From NCBI GenBank assembly GCA_963705305.1, contig OY970067.1, positions 4,768,001 to 4,832,000 on the forward strand: DNA of 64,000 nt, given 5' to 3'. Shown here piece after piece: positions 38,133 through 51,382 of the stretch. The first letter of the stretch is position 1; every line of letters starts with the position of its first letter. The translations under genes were made by a program, and so were the position numbers. The notes beneath the pieces were generated by a model. It saw nothing but the letters and a program-made list of their open reading frames with translations. It ran no database searches and was not told the origin of the DNA. The DNA is from an uncultured Methylomirabilota bacterium (GTDB lineage Bacteria > Methylomirabilota > Methylomirabilia > Methylomirabilales > 2-02-FULL-66-22).

Positions 38133-38843
38133 TCAGGCACAGACCCGCCGGAAGATCTCCTCATACGCCGCCGCCTCGCGGGCGGGGCTCCGGCGCGTCC
38201 GGTCCTTGCCCAGGCTCTGCCGGGTGGTCCGATCCCAGAACCGGCACCCGTCCGGCGTGAGGTCATCCCCCAGCATCAGGCTTCCATGGTGGCGGCCGAA
38301 CTCCAACTTGAAGTCAGCCACCAGGATCTCCCGCTCGGCAAAGAACGACAGGAGCTGGCCGTTGACGCGTTCCGTCATCTCCCGGATGGACCGCAATTCC
38401 TCGGGCGACGCCAGGCCCAGCGCCAGGACGTGCGAATCGTTGAGCAGCGGGTCCCCCAGGGCGTCGCTCTTGTAGTAATACTCGAGGACCGGCGCCGGCA
38501 GGGTCGTCCCCACCGCCATCCCCAGCCGCTTGGCCAGGCTGCCGGCCACGATGTTGCGCAGAACGACTTCCAGCCGGATCATCTCCAGGCGGCGCACCAG
38601 CATCTCCCGCTCGCCCAGCACTTCCAGGAAGTGAGTGGGGATCCCGCCGGCGTGCAAGAGCCTGAAGAGCGACGCCGAGATCTGATTCTTCATGGCCCCG
38701 CGGTGGGGGAGGGGCGCCCCGCTGCGCCCGCGGCCGAAGGCGGGCGTGTCCTTGAACTCCTGAACGAGGCGGGTGGGATCCTGCGTCTCATAGAGGATCT
38801 TCCACTTCCCCTCGTAGAGCTTCCGCCGCCGGAAGGTCCCCAT
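38133..38843 (-). CDS. purC: SAICAR synthetase (divergent)
   Basis: LYEGK, GIPTHF, EVVLRN, DFKLEFG, PDGCRFWD. Located between purB and purS. Confidence 0.9.
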   Translation of the reverse strand: MGTFRRRKLYEGKWKILYETQDPTRLVQEFKDTPAFGRGRSGAPLPHRGAMKNQISASLFRLLHAGGIPTHFLEVLGEREMLVRRLEMIRLEVVLRNIVAGSLAKRLGMAVGTTLPAPVLEYYYKSDALGDPLLNDSHVLALGLASPEELRSIREMTERVNGQLLSFFAEREILVADFKLEFGRHHGSLMLGDDLTPDGCRFWDRTTRQSLGKDRTRRSPAREAAAYEEIFRRVCA

Positions 38844-38867
38844 CTGCCGCCCCGTCCCGTCCGGCGC

Positions 38868-40163
38868 TCATGCCAGGCCGACCCGCCGGAAGATATCGTC
38901 CACGTGCCGGAGATGATACCCTAGATTGAAGCAGCTTTCAATTTGGCCCGGCCCCAGCACCGCGCGCACCTCGGGATCGGCCTTGAGCAGATCCTGGTAG
39001 GATTCCCCCTGCTCCCAGGCCCGCATGGCGTTTCGCTGCACCATGTGATAGGCCGCCTCCCGCGAGACCCCCGCCCGGGCCAGGGCCAGCAGCACCTGCT
39101 GGGAGAAGATGACGCCGTGGGTGGCCTCCAGATTCCGCCGCATGTTCTCGGGGGAGACCCGCATCCCCTCCAGGATCTCCCGGAAGCGGGCCAGGAGGTA
39201 ATCCAGCAGGATGGTGCTGTCGGGCAGGATCACCCGCTCCACCGAGGAATGGCTGATGTCCCGCTCGTGCCAGAGCGCCACGTCCTCCAGCCCGGCCTGG
39301 ACATTGGACCGCAACACGCGCGCCAGCCCCGAGATCTGCTCGCAGGCCACCGGGTTCCGCTTGTGGGGCATGGCGGACGACCCCTTCTGCCCCTCGGAGA
39401 ACGGCTCTTCCACCTCCCGGACCTCGGTACGCTGCAGGTGACGGATCTCGGTGGCGAACTTGTCCAGCGACGACCCGACGATGCCCAGGGCCGCCAGGAA
39501 CTCGGCATGCCGATCGCGCTGGATGATCTGGGTAGAGATCGGCTCTGGCTGCAGGCCCAGGTGCGCGCAGACGTACTCCTCCACCTGCGGCGGAACGTTG
39601 GCGAAGGTGCCGACGGCCCCCGACAGCTTCCCGTAGCTGACGACTGCCTTGGCGCGCTCCAGCCGCTCGCGCGCCCGCCGGATCTCCATCAGCCACATGG
39701 CCAGCTTCAGACCGAAGGTGGTCGGCTCGGCGTGGATGCCGTGGGTGCGGCCGATCATGACCGTCCGCTTGTGCTTCACCGCCAGATCCCCCAGCAGCCG
39801 CTCTAGGACCGCGACCTCTTCCAGCAGCAGGTCCGCCGCCTGACCCATCTGACAGGCCAGACAGGTGTCCAGGATGTCGGAGGAGGTCAGGCCCAGATGG
39901 AGGTAGCGCGCCGCCGGCCCCACCCGCTCGCCCACGGCCGTGAGGAAGGCGATCACGTCGTGCTTCACCTCGCGCTCGATCTCGTCGATCCGGTCGATGT
40001 CGAACCCAGCCTTGGCCTGGATCTCCGCCAGGGCGTCGCGCGGCACCTCGCCCAGGCCGGCCCAGGCTTCGCAGGCCAGGAGCTCGATCCGCAGCCACAG
40101 CGCAAACCGGTTGGCCGGCTCCCAGATGGCCGCCATCTTGGGACGGGTGTATCGCGGGATCAT
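38868..40163 (-). CDS. purB: Adenylosuccinate lyase
   Basis: MIPRY, GRTHGIHAEP, GSSAMPHKRNP. Confidence 0.97.
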   Translation of the reverse strand: MIPRYTRPKMAAIWEPANRFALWLRIELLACEAWAGLGEVPRDALAEIQAKAGFDIDRIDEIEREVKHDVIAFLTAVGERVGPAARYLHLGLTSSDILDTCLACQMGQAADLLLEEVAVLERLLGDLAVKHKRTVMIGRTHGIHAEPTTFGLKLAMWLMEIRRARERLERAKAVVSYGKLSGAVGTFANVPPQVEEYVCAHLGLQPEPISTQIIQRDRHAEFLAALGIVGSSLDKFATEIRHLQRTEVREVEEPFSEGQKGSSAMPHKRNPVACEQISGLARVLRSNVQAGLEDVALWHERDISHSSVERVILPDSTILLDYLLARFREILEGMRVSPENMRRNLEATHGVIFSQQVLLALARAGVSREAAYHMVQRNAMRAWEQGESYQDLLKADPEVRAVLGPGQIESCFNLGYHLRHVDDIFRRVGLA

Positions 40164-40229
40164 GGTGTCTCCTCCAGGGAGGGTGGTAGATGCTGCTGTT
40201 CACAGTGCTGCAGTGGGAAACGGTTCGAC

Positions 40230-40497
40230 GTGCGGCGGTTCTATGTTGATGGTTTTCAAACCTCGAACCTTGAACCGCGAACCGGGAACCCGAAAACCAC
40301 CGCTAGGCTACCACAGACGGGCGACGGAGACAACGGCGGGCACGGGTGGTTACACAGAGTGGGCGGGAGCCAGGACAAGCCAAGGAAAAGGTGCAGCGAT
40401 CAATGACAGTTCAAGGGGCTGCAGTTCAAAGTGCGGCGGTTCTATGTTGATGGTTTTCAAACCTCGAACCGCAAACTTCGAACCTGGAACCGGGAAC
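40230..40497. repeat. Two identical 40-bp direct repeats, each running into heptamer tandem repeats
   Basis: GTGCGGCGGTTCTATGTTGATGGTTTTCAAACCTCGAACC at 40230-40269 and 40431-40470. Confidence 0.9.
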
Positions 40498-40510
40498 CGG
40501 TTGACCGATT

Positions 40511-41739
40511 TTACGACCGGTGGCCGATCGTGGCCAAGGCGTAGCGGTCCGGCGTGAAGAGGGCGCGGTTGAGCTCGGCAAACGATTCGGGCAACACCTG
40601 GTCGATGCTCCGGATGATCTCGTCCAGGTCGAAGTAGCGCTGGAAATAGATCTCCGCCTTGGCCAGCCTCGTCATCCGGCTGCTGGTGCTCTCCAGCCCC
40701 AGCAAGAGATTCCCCTTGAGCTGCTCCTTGGCGCGCTGGAACTCCTCCAGGTCCACCGGCCCTCGCTGCAGGCGGGCGCACTCGGCCTGGATGAGGTCGA
40801 CCACCTGCGGGGCGGATTCCGGACTGGTGCCGGCGTAGACCGCGAACAGGCCCGAATCCTGATAGGACGCCTGGTAGGAGTAGATGGAGTAGGCCAGCCC
40901 GCGCTTCTCCCGGACCTCCTGGAAGAGGCGGGAGCTCATGGAGCTTCCCAGGATCGCGTTCTGGAGATAGAAGGCGTACCGCTGGGTGTGGCTGTAGGGC
41001 AGCCCTTCGACGCCCAGGACGAGATGAAGCTGCGCCGAGTCCCGCTCTTCGTGGTGCACGCCCAGGTGGCAGACCGGCGAGGACCCGTTGGGGGGAACCG
41101 AACGGCCGCCCCATCCCCCCAGCGCGGCCTGGATCAGTTCCACCACCCGCCCGTGCTCCACGTCTCCCGCGGCGGCGACGATGAGCCGGTCGGGCTGGTA
41201 GAAATCGCGGAGGTGGGCCAGGATGTCCTCCCGGGTGATGGCCTGGAGGGTCTGGCGGAAGCCCAGGACGGGCCGCCCGAGGGGATGGTCGAGCCAGAAC
41301 TGCTGCGCGAACAGGTCGTGGATCAGATCGTCGGGATCGTCCTCGACCATCTTGATCTCTTCGAGGACGACCCGCCGCTCCCGCTCCAGGTCCTCGGGGT
41401 CCAGCCGCGGCCGCAGGATGAGATCGCTCAGGAGCTCCACCGCCAGGGGCAAGTGCTCGCCCAGGACCTTGGCGAAGAAGCAGGTGTTCTCCCGCGTGGT
41501 GAACGCATCCAGCGCCCCGCCCACACCGTCGACGGCCCGTGCGATCTCCTCGGCGCTGCGCCGCTCCGTTCCCTTGAAGACGAGGTGCTCAATGAAGTGA
41601 GAGATGCCGGCCCGGTCGGCCGGCTCGAAACGCGATCCGATTCTCACCCAGAAGCCGATGGAGATGGAGCGAACCTGGGGCATATGCTCCGTCAGGACCA
41701 CGATCCCATTCGGGAGCACCGCCTTGTTGAAGGCCCCGG

Positions 41740-41743
<4 letters not shown>
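40511..41743 (-). CDS. M16 family zinc peptidase
   Basis: HFIEHLVFKGT (HxxEH), SSRLFQEVREKRGLAY. Typical position downstream of pnp. Confidence 0.95.
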
Positions 41744-43913
<2,170 letters not shown>

Positions 43914-43917
<4 letters not shown>

Positions 43918-44183
43918 TTGCGAATGCCCAGCCTTTCGATGACGCGCTTGTAGCGCGCCACGTCCTTCATTTTAAGGTAATCCAGCAGCTTCCGGCGACG
44001 GCCCACCATCATGAGGAGCCCTCGCCGGGAGTGGTGGTCTTTCTTGTGCACGTTGAGATGCTCGGTGAGATAGCTGATGCGCCCGCTCAGGAGAGCGATC
44101 TGCACCTCCGGCGAACCGGTGTCCTTCTCGTGCAGGCGATACTCACCGATGACCTCATCCTTCTTTACCACATCCTTGGGCAT
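43914..44183 (-). CDS. rpsO: 30S ribosomal protein S15
   Basis: [12 protein letters not shown]...KDHHSRRGL. Confidence 0.97.
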
Positions 44184-44230
44184 GATCGCATTCCCCCTTT
44201 CGAGCCCAAAAGCCCATGGTACCCGCGGGC

Positions 44231-44260
44231 AAACTACCACAGCGGTCCTACAAGTGTAAA
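44231..44260 (-). promoter_or_regulatory. Putative rpsO promoter overlapping the ribF end
   Basis: TTTACA-18 nt-TAGTTT with an extended TG. Confidence 0.45.
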
Positions 44261-45216
44261 GTCCAATCTGGCCACGGAAGGCCCTGCGCCGCCCTCCAGG
44301 CGGCTTCCGCGTCCCCCCGATCGCGCTCAAGCTGCTCGGCCAGCGCCCCCGCGTCGGCGAAGCGCCGCTCGTTCCGCAATCGCCGCAGGAAGAACACGGC
44401 GATGCGCTCCCCGTAGAGCGTTTCGCTCCAGGCCGGCAGGTGAATCTCCAGGCGCCGCTCACCCGGGCCGAAGGTGGGGGCGCGGCCCAGATTGATCATC
44501 GCGTCCTGGAAGCCGTCCCGCACCAGCACCCGGCCGGCATAGACCCCGTCCTGCAGCAAGAAGCGGTCCGGCACCGCCAGGTTGGCCGTCGGGAACCCGA
44601 GCCCGCGCCCGCGCCCGGCCCCGGCCCGGACCTCCCCCACCACGCAGAACGGCCGGCCCAGCAGGGCGCCGGCCTCCTCCACCCTTCCCTCCGCCAGGAG
44701 CGCCCGGATTCCCCGGCTGCCCACCACCTGGCCCCGCACGCTGACGGGGGGCACGACCTCCAGCCAGAACCCGTGGCGCGGGGCCAGCTCGCGGAGCAGC
44801 TCGGTGTTCCCGCGCCGCCCGCGCCCGAAGCCGAAATCATACCCCACGCACAGCCCGGCGATCCGGAGCCGGCGGACCAGCACCTCCTGCACGAAGGCGT
44901 CGGCCTCCAGGACGGCCAAGGCCGGTGAAAACTCGATCACCACGGCGGCGGCCATGCCCTGGCCCTTGAGCAGGGCCAGCTTCACCGGAAGCGGCGTGAT
45001 CAGGGGCGGGGCCGCCTCGGGCCGAACGACCTCCAGCGGGTGCCGGGCGAAGGTCAGCACCGCGGGAGTCCCGCCGACGGCCTCGGCCCGCGCCCGGACG
45101 CGACGCAGGATCTCCTGGTGACCCAGGTGCACCCCGTCCAGGGTTCCCATGCCCAGGATGGGCGTGGGCGCCGTCCAATTGAAATCCTCGAGTGCAGCCG
45201 CGCGAATCACCTGCAT
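44248..45216 (-). CDS. ribF: Bifunctional riboflavin kinase/FAD synthetase
   Basis: [33 protein letters not shown]. Confidence 0.96.
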   Translation of the reverse strand: MQVIRAAALEDFNWTAPTPILGMGTLDGVHLGHQEILRRVRARAEAVGGTPAVLTFARHPLEVVRPEAAPPLITPLPVKLALLKGQGMAAAVVIEFSPALAVLEADAFVQEVLVRRLRIAGLCVGYDFGFGRGRRGNTELLRELAPRHGFWLEVVPPVSVRGQVVGSRGIRALLAEGRVEEAGALLGRPFCVVGEVRAGAGRGRGLGFPTANLAVPDRFLLQDGVYAGRVLVRDGFQDAMINLGRAPTFGPGERRLEIHLPAWSETLYGERIAVFFLRRLRNERRFADAGALAEQLERDRGDAEAAWRAAQGLPWPDWTLHL

Positions 45217-45228
45217 GGGCCGGGCTCC

Positions 45229-46179
45229 TCAGCCCGGGCTCGAGAACACCCGAACCGGGCGCAGCACCAGCCGGCTGGGGTCGCAGGCCGCGAACTCCCC
45301 CGAGCTGACCCTGACCTCCGCCAGGCACAGGAGCTGCTTGCGGAATCCCAGCACGCGTACCAGGGTCCCGACTTCCACGGCCGGGGGGAACTGCACCATC
45401 ATGACCGCGGTGACCGGCATGCCGTGCAGGATCAGCGGCCCCGCCTCCGGGGCCACATATGCCGGGGGAAGATGGCTCAGGGCCTCGGCGATCGGCATCA
45501 GCACCTCGCCCAGCCGGCCCTCGCGCACGCACGACTCAAGCGCCTCCAGCGTCACCACCCCATCCAGCGTGAACCGGCCCGAGCGGGTCCGGATGAGCGC
45601 GTGGAGGTGCCCGCCGCAGCCCAGAACACGGCCGATGTCGTCGCACAGGCTCCTGGCGTAGGTGCCCTTCGAGCAGGCCACCCGCAGGCGGACGAAGGGC
45701 GGCGCGAACTCCAGCAGCTCCAGCGCGTGCACCCGCACGGTGACGGGCCGGCGCTCGACCACCGCCCCCCGGCGGGCCAGGCGATACAGCCGCTCCCCCT
45801 GATATTTCTTGGCCGAGTAGATCGGCGGCACCTGCTGGATCTCGCCGGTGAAGCGGGACAGCACCGCCTCGAAATCCTCCCGCGCGACCCGGACCTCCTC
45901 CACCCGGCCGGTCTCCTTGCCGGCCGCATCCAGGGTGTCGGTGGTGACCCCCAGGCGGAGGGTGAGAATGTACTCCTTGTCGGCCTGGGTCAGGTACTGC
46001 GCGATCCGCGTCGCCCGGCCCACGCACAGAGGCAACACTCCGGTTGCCTGCGGATCCAGCGTTCCCGTATGGCCGACCCGCTGCATGCCCAGGAGCTTGC
46101 GCGCGGCGTCCACCACGTCATGGGAGGTCATCCCCGCCGGCTTGTTGATGTTCAGGACCCCGTGAACCTCCGGCGTCAC
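45229..46179 (-). CDS. truB: tRNA pseudouridine(55) synthase
   Basis: NKPAGMTSHDVV, GHTGTLDP, CSKGTY. The GTG start is approximate. Confidence 0.95.
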   Translation of the reverse strand: MTPEVHGVLNINKPAGMTSHDVVDAARKLLGMQRVGHTGTLDPQATGVLPLCVGRATRIAQYLTQADKEYILTLRLGVTTDTLDAAGKETGRVEEVRVAREDFEAVLSRFTGEIQQVPPIYSAKKYQGERLYRLARRGAVVERRPVTVRVHALELLEFAPPFVRLRVACSKGTYARSLCDDIGRVLGCGGHLHALIRTRSGRFTLDGVVTLEALESCVREGRLGEVLMPIAEALSHLPPAYVAPEAGPLILHGMPVTAVMMVQFPPAVEVGTLVRVLGFRKQLLCLAEVRVSSGEFAACDPSRLVLRPVRVFSSPG

Positions 46180-46232
46180 GCGTCCGAGCCCGGCCCTGGA
46201 GCCGGGATGCGCTGCCCGTGCCGGCGCCGCCA

Positions 46233-47270
46233 TCATGCGCCTCCCGGATCTGCGGGCTGCGGCTGATCGGCCCGGCAGCCTCCCGCAGGCGTCGCCATTC
46301 CATTCCCCCCGGCGAGATACGCGGCGGCGGCGGCCAGCACCGCGGCGCGAACCTCGGGCAGCCCCCCCGCCAGCGTGCAGCCCGCCGCGTTCCGGTGCCC
46401 GCCCCCGCCGAACCGGCCGGCCAGGCACGCCACGTCCAAGTCTCCGGAGGAGCGCAGGCTGACCCGCACCTGATCGGCAGCGACCTCCTTGAACGCCAGG
46501 GCTATCCGGACGCCGGCCACGGACCGCGGGTACTGGATGAAGTCCTCGGCGGCCTCCATGCCGATCCCCGCGCGCGCCAGCGTCGCCCGGGTGATCTCAA
46601 TCCAGGCCAGGCGCCCATCCGGACTCAGCTGGAGGCCGGCCAGCACGTCGCTCAGCAGCCGCCACTCGCGCGGATCGTGGTTCCAATACAACCCTCGAGC
46701 GATCGCCTCCGGGTCGGCCCCGCACGCGATCAGCTCCGCCGCCGTACGGAGGGCCTGGGCGGTCGTATTGGCGTACTGGAAGCCGCCGGTGTCGGTCAGG
46801 ATCGCCGCGTACAGGTTGGCCGCCACCGCCGGACCGACCGCAAATCCCCCGAGGCGGAGCAGCTGGAAGACCATCTCCCCCGCGGAGGACGCGTCCGGCT
46901 CGACCCAGTTCATCCTTCCGAAACGCGTGTTGCCGGCATGGTGGTCCACGTTCAGGATCAGGACGTCGGCCGGCAGCCCCTCCAGAAGGCCTCCCGTGCG
47001 CTCCCGATTGCTGGTGTCGAGCACCAGGCAGCAGGCGTAGCCGGCGGGGATGGGTCCTCCCACCACCAGCTGTTCGGCCCCCGGCAAGGCGTCCAGGCCG
47101 GGAGGGAGCGGGTCGGCGTTGTACATCGCGGTCCGCTTCCCCGCCTGCCGCAGCGCCAGGCCGGCCGCCAGGGTGGACCCGATCGCATCCCCCTCCGGGG
47201 CCACATGGGCCAGGACGGCCACCGAGGGCGCCTGCTGAAGCGCCGCCACGACCTGCTCCAGATCACTCAC
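46233..47270 (-). CDS. DHH/DHHA1 phosphoesterase (NrnA-like nanoRNase)
   Basis: HVAPEGDAIGS, VDHH, TDTGGF, GGGGHRNAAG. Confidence 0.92.
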   Translation of the reverse strand: MSDLEQVVAALQQAPSVAVLAHVAPEGDAIGSTLAAGLALRQAGKRTAMYNADPLPPGLDALPGAEQLVVGGPIPAGYACCLVLDTSNRERTGGLLEGLPADVLILNVDHHAGNTRFGRMNWVEPDASSAGEMVFQLLRLGGFAVGPAVAANLYAAILTDTGGFQYANTTAQALRTAAELIACGADPEAIARGLYWNHDPREWRLLSDVLAGLQLSPDGRLAWIEITRATLARAGIGMEAAEDFIQYPRSVAGVRIALAFKEVAADQVRVSLRSSGDLDVACLAGRFGGGGHRNAAGCTLAGGLPEVRAAVLAAAAAYLAGGNGMATPAGGCRADQPQPADPGGA

Positions 47271-47628
47271 CCGGCTTCCCCTCGCGGGCCACCTGCTTGA
47301 GCAGGGCGGCCAGGTGCAGGCTTTCGTCCACCGATGCGTCCACCTCGAAGCTGAGCTCGGGCGCGTAGCGAAGCCGCAGGCACCGCCCCAGTTGCCCCCG
47401 CAGGAATCCCGCGGCGGAGCGCAGCCCGTCCAGCTCTTCGGCACAGCCGGATTGTCCCGGCCGACCCGTGAACAGGATGCGGGCATGCCGCAGGTCGCCA
47501 CTCACCCGCACGGCGGTGATAGTCACCGCCTGCAGACGGGGATCCTTGACCTCCCGCAGCAGCAGGCGGCTCAACTCCCGGCGAATCAGGTCGCCCACGC
47601 GGTCGGCGCGACGATATGACAGCGGCAT
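47263..47628 (-). CDS. rbfA: Ribosome-binding factor A
   Basis: RADRV...VKDPRL...LRYAPELSF. Confidence 0.95.
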   Translation of the reverse strand: MPLSYRRADRVGDLIRRELSRLLLREVKDPRLQAVTITAVRVSGDLRHARILFTGRPGQSGCAEELDGLRSAAGFLRGQLGRCLRLRYAPELSFEVDASVDESLHLAALLKQVAREGKPGE

Positions 47629-47731
47629 GGCAACAGAACCTGCGAGGCTCAACGCGGAAACTCGGAACTGGGCGGGAAGGCGCCGCGGATGCCATCGGCG
47701 TCCGGGCGCCAGGCTCCGGCGTCCAGGAGAG

Positions 47732-48019
47732 TCAATGCGCGATCAGATCGATCTCGTAGTCCACCACCAGCACCTCGCCGCTGTCCTCGATCCAGTTGAC
47801 CACCGTGGAGAGCATGGCGTCGACCAGGCGGGAGTCATTGCTCACGCATGCGATCCCCAGCGTGGCGCGGTCCCACTCGTCCAGGTGATCCACCTCGGCG
47901 ATCCCCACATTAAACCGGGCCTGGATCCGATCCTTAAGGCTCTTCAGCACCCGCCGCTTGGCCTTCAGCGAACGGCTCTCGGGAATCCGCAGGTCGATTT
48001 TACAACTGCCGACCGTCAT
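47732..48019 (-). CDS. DUF503 (YlxP) family protein
   Basis: SRSLKAKRRVLKSL...FNVGIAEV. Located between infB and rbfA. Confidence 0.9.
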   Translation of the reverse strand: MTVGSCKIDLRIPESRSLKAKRRVLKSLKDRIQARFNVGIAEVDHLDEWDRATLGIACVSNDSRLVDAMLSTVVNWIEDSGEVLVVDYEIDLIAH

Positions 48020-48129
48020 CGCCGCGAGCCCACTGACCGCCGGCGACGCGCTCCCCCGTCCGGCTCCCCCGGCGCGGCATCCATCCGATCCCCCCTGGTC
48101 ATTGGGAGTTGGACGTTGGTCATTCCTAG

Positions 48130-48282
48130 GTGGATGCTGAAAAACTCGCTTTCACTGAGGCTGCTCAAAAAGGCCCAGGTGCAAGGCGCCGCGCGATCCG
48201 AGGTGCGAGGCGTACTTAGCGTGTACGTCGCAGCGCCGCGGGAGCGCGGCAACGCCGCAGATGGGACTTTTTCAGCAGCCGG
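48130..48282. mobile_element. MITE-like element at the infB stop codon
   Basis: Terminal inverted repeats GGATGCTGAAAAA / TTTTTCAGCAGCC, an internal second copy GGCTGCTCAAAAA, flanked by CTAG and TTAG. Confidence 0.7.
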
Positions 48283-51018
48283 TTAGAGCGTGGGGGCGAT
48301 CTCCTCCAGCTCGAACACCTCGATGACGTCCCCGACGTGAATGTCGTTGTAATTGGCCAGGCCGATGCCGCATTCCTGACCGCTCTGTACCTCCCGGACA
48401 TCGTCTTTGAAGCGACGCAGCGAGAGGATCTTCCCCGTGTGGACGACGCGGCCGTCGCGCACCAGGCGGACCGAGGCGTCCCGCGAGACCTTGCCGTCCG
48501 CCACGTAGGAGCCGGCGATCGTCCCGACCTTGGAGATGTTGAAGACCTGGCGGATCTCCACCCGTCCCAGCGGCCGCTCCACGTACTGCGGCTCGAGCAG
48601 GCCCTCCATGGCCGCCCGCACCTCGTTGATGGCTTCGTAGATCACCGAGTAGAGACGCAGGTCGACCCGCTCCTGCTCGGCCAGCCGCTGGGCCTTGGGC
48701 TCCGGCCGAACGTTGAAGCCGACGATGATGGCGTTGCTGGCCGAGGCCAGCATGACATCGCTCTCGGTGACGGCCCCGACGGAGCTGTGAATGACGTTGA
48801 CCTTGACCTTGTCGGTCCCCAGCCGCTCCAGAGAGTCCTGCAGAGGGGCCACCGACCCCTGCACGTCCCCCTTGAGAATCATGCGCAGCTCCTTGACCTC
48901 GCCCCGCTCGATCTGCTGGTGCAGCACGTCCAGAGTGACTCGCGGCTGGGCCGTCATGCTCTCCTGGCGGTGCCGCTCCTGTCGGGCCACGGCGATCTGG
49001 CGGGCTTTCCGCTCGTCTCCCACCACCGCGAACGTATCCCCGGCCAGCGGGACGCCGGACAGGCCCAGGATCTCCACGGGGGTCGCCGGGCCGGCCCAGG
49101 ACAGCTTGCGGCCCTTGTCGTTGACCATGGCCCGGATCCGCCCGTGGTGGAGGCCGGCCACCACGGCGTCTCCCACGCGCACGGTCCCCGTCTGCACCAG
49201 GACGGTGGCAACCGGCCCCCGCCCCTTGTCCAGCTCGGCCTCCACGACCACGCCGCGGGCCGGCTTGTCCGGGTTCGCCTTGAACTCTTGGACTTCCGCC
49301 AGGACCAGCAGGTTGTCCAGCAGGTTCTGGATCCCCTCGCGGCGCTTGGCGGAGACCGGGACGAAGATCGTGTCGCCGCCCCATTCCTCCGGCACCAGCC
49401 CGTACTCTGTCAGCTGCTGCTTGATGCGATTCGGGTCGGCGTTGGGCTTGTCGATCTTGTTGATCGCCACCAGGATCGGCACCTTGGCGTCTTTGGCATG
49501 GTTGATGGCCTCGATGGTCTGCGGCATGACGCCGTCATCCGCCGCCACCACCAGGACCACGATGTCCGTGGCCTGGGCCCCGCGGGCCCGCATGGCCGTA
49601 AAGGCCTCGTGGCCGGGGGTGTCCAGGAAGACCACCCGATCCACCGCGTGCCCCGGGACCTCCACCTCGTAGGCACCGATGTGCTGGGTGATGCCCCCGG
49701 CCTCGGTCGCGATGACGTCGGTGTGGCGGATGGCGTCGAGGAGCGAGGTCTTCCCGTGATCCACGTGCCCCATGACCGTGACGACCGGAGCCCGCGGGCG
49801 CAGCAGGGCCGGCTCGTCGACCTCCCCCGTCTCCTCCACCACCTCGCCCGGCGCCGCCAGCTCCACGCTGTAGCCGAACTGCTGGGCCACTTTGGTGATG
49901 GTCTCCGCGTCGAGCGATGTGTTGATCGTCGCCAGGATTCCCAGCTTGATCAACCGCTTGATCACATCGCTGGTGGTGGCCGACATCTTTTCGGCCAATT
50001 CCTTGGGGCTCATCCCCTCGCCCATCTTCAGCACTTTGGGGACCGGCGGAGCCGGCGGCGGCGCCTCCGGCCGGGAGACCGCCGCCGGCGCGGCTCCGCG
50101 GGCGGATGGCCGCGGCGGCCGCGGGGGCGGAAGCGGCTCCGGCTCGGCTGCCGGGGCAAAGGCCGGGGGGGCCGGGGATTCCAGCGCGGCGAGGTCCGAC
50201 GCCGGAGCCTCGGCCACCACCGGACGGGGGGGCTCCACCGCCGGGCGGGGCGGGCTCACATGCGGCCGCGGCCTCTCCTCTGCGGGCGGGGCCGGTCGCG
50301 GTCCGGGCCTCGGCACGGGTCGACGGACGGGAGGCGGGACTTCGAGGGCTGGGGCCTTCGGCTTGGGCGGGGCCTCGCCCGCCGGCGGCGCGGCCGGGAC
50401 CGCCCGCCCCGCCGCCGGCTCTGTCTTGGGCGGCGCCGGCGGAGCGATCGCCTCGGAAGGCTTCGGCAGCTCTTCGGGGGCGCGTTCCTCCGCTCCCGGC
50501 GCCGGCGGCGGGACCGGGGGTGCCGCCACCTCCGCAGGTGGAGCCTGGACGACGATCTCTTCGACTGGTGCGACGGCCTCAGGCTCCACAGGGGCGGCAT
50601 GCGCCACCGTTGCGGCATCGATGGTGATGACGAGCGGCTTCACCGGCGATGCGTCCTCTCCCCGCTTCCGGGGTGCGCGAGGCTTCGGCTCCTTCTTGAC
50701 CTCTTCCTCCTCGACGGGCTTGGCCTTGGTTTTCCGTTTGGGAGCCGCCTCGGAGGTCTTGGCGGCGGGTGCAGCGGCGGCTGTTCGGCTGCGGGTGCTG
50801 CGGCGGGTCGGGGGCTTCACCGGCATCCCGCTCCCCGGCCGGATCGTCCGCGCGGGGATGCGCGCCACCGGTTGAGACAGGATCCCGCGGGCGAACTCCT
50901 CGTCCACCGAGGTGCTGAACGTCGCCGCCTCCACCCCGGCCGCCTGGAGGCGCTCTAGGACTTCCTTGGTGGTGAGGCGAAAGGTCGTTGCCAAATCGTA
51001 CACCCGAACCATTCCCAC
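48283..51018 (-). CDS. infB: Translation initiation factor IF-2
   Basis: VRVYDLA N-terminus, [28 protein letters not shown]. Confidence 0.98.
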   Translation of the reverse strand: MGMVRVYDLATTFRLTTKEVLERLQAAGVEAATFSTSVDEEFARGILSQPVARIPARTIRPGSGMPVKPPTRRSTRSRTAAAAPAAKTSEAAPKRKTKAKPVEEEEVKKEPKPRAPRKRGEDASPVKPLVITIDAATVAHAAPVEPEAVAPVEEIVVQAPPAEVAAPPVPPPAPGAEERAPEELPKPSEAIAPPAPPKTEPAAGRAVPAAPPAGEAPPKPKAPALEVPPPVRRPVPRPGPRPAPPAEERPRPHVSPPRPAVEPPRPVVAEAPASDLAALESPAPPAFAPAAEPEPLPPPRPPRPSARGAAPAAVSRPEAPPPAPPVPKVLKMGEGMSPKELAEKMSATTSDVIKRLIKLGILATINTSLDAETITKVAQQFGYSVELAAPGEVVEETGEVDEPALLRPRAPVVTVMGHVDHGKTSLLDAIRHTDVIATEAGGITQHIGAYEVEVPGHAVDRVVFLDTPGHEAFTAMRARGAQATDIVVLVVAADDGVMPQTIEAINHAKDAKVPILVAINKIDKPNADPNRIKQQLTEYGLVPEEWGGDTIFVPVSAKRREGIQNLLDNLLVLAEVQEFKANPDKPARGVVVEAELDKGRGPVATVLVQTGTVRVGDAVVAGLHHGRIRAMVNDKGRKLSWAGPATPVEILGLSGVPLAGDTFAVVGDERKARQIAVARQERHRQESMTAQPRVTLDVLHQQIERGEVKELRMILKGDVQGSVAPLQDSLERLGTDKVKVNVIHSSVGAVTESDVMLASASNAIIVGFNVRPEPKAQRLAEQERVDLRLYSVIYEAINEVRAAMEGLLEPQYVERPLGRVEIRQVFNISKVGTIAGSYVADGKVSRDASVRLVRDGRVVHTGKILSLRRFKDDVREVQSGQECGIGLANYNDIHVGDVIEVFELEEIAPTL

Positions 51019-51046
51019 GCTCTACTCCTCCACCCCCGCCTTGCGG

Positions 51047-51382
51047 TCAGACGCAGCCATCCAGAACGATCCCCCGCCGGCGAGCCTCTCCGGCCACGGC
51101 CTTCCGCAGCTCGTCCCGATCCACGCCGAGCAGCGTTCGCCGCAGCGCCCGCGGAAAGCCCCGGCCCTGCAGCGCTAGGGCCAGGCACCGGAGCGACGGA
51201 CAGAGATACGCTCCCCGACCGCGCGCCGACCGAACCGCCACAACCAACCGTCCGTCCGCCTCCGCCACGAAACGGATCAACTGCCGCTGCTCCGCGATCC
51301 GCCGGCAGGCCACACAGGTTCGCAGGGGCGCCGACCGTCCGGCGCGGCTCCGGGCGCTGTCCGCCCGCTCGGGGCAGCTCAT
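51047..51382 (-). CDS. ylxR: YlxR/DUF448 family protein
   Basis: PLRTCVACR...GRGAYLC. Confidence 0.9.
   Translation of the reverse strand: MSCPERADSARSRAGRSAPLRTCVACRRIAEQRQLIRFVAEADGRLVVAVRSARGRGAYLCPSLRCLALALQGRGFPRALRRTLLGVDRDELRKAVAGEARRRGIVLDGCV

Noticed and set aside
40230..40470. Possible mini CRISPR array
   Set aside because: Only two repeats, a 161-bp spacer and no cas genes.
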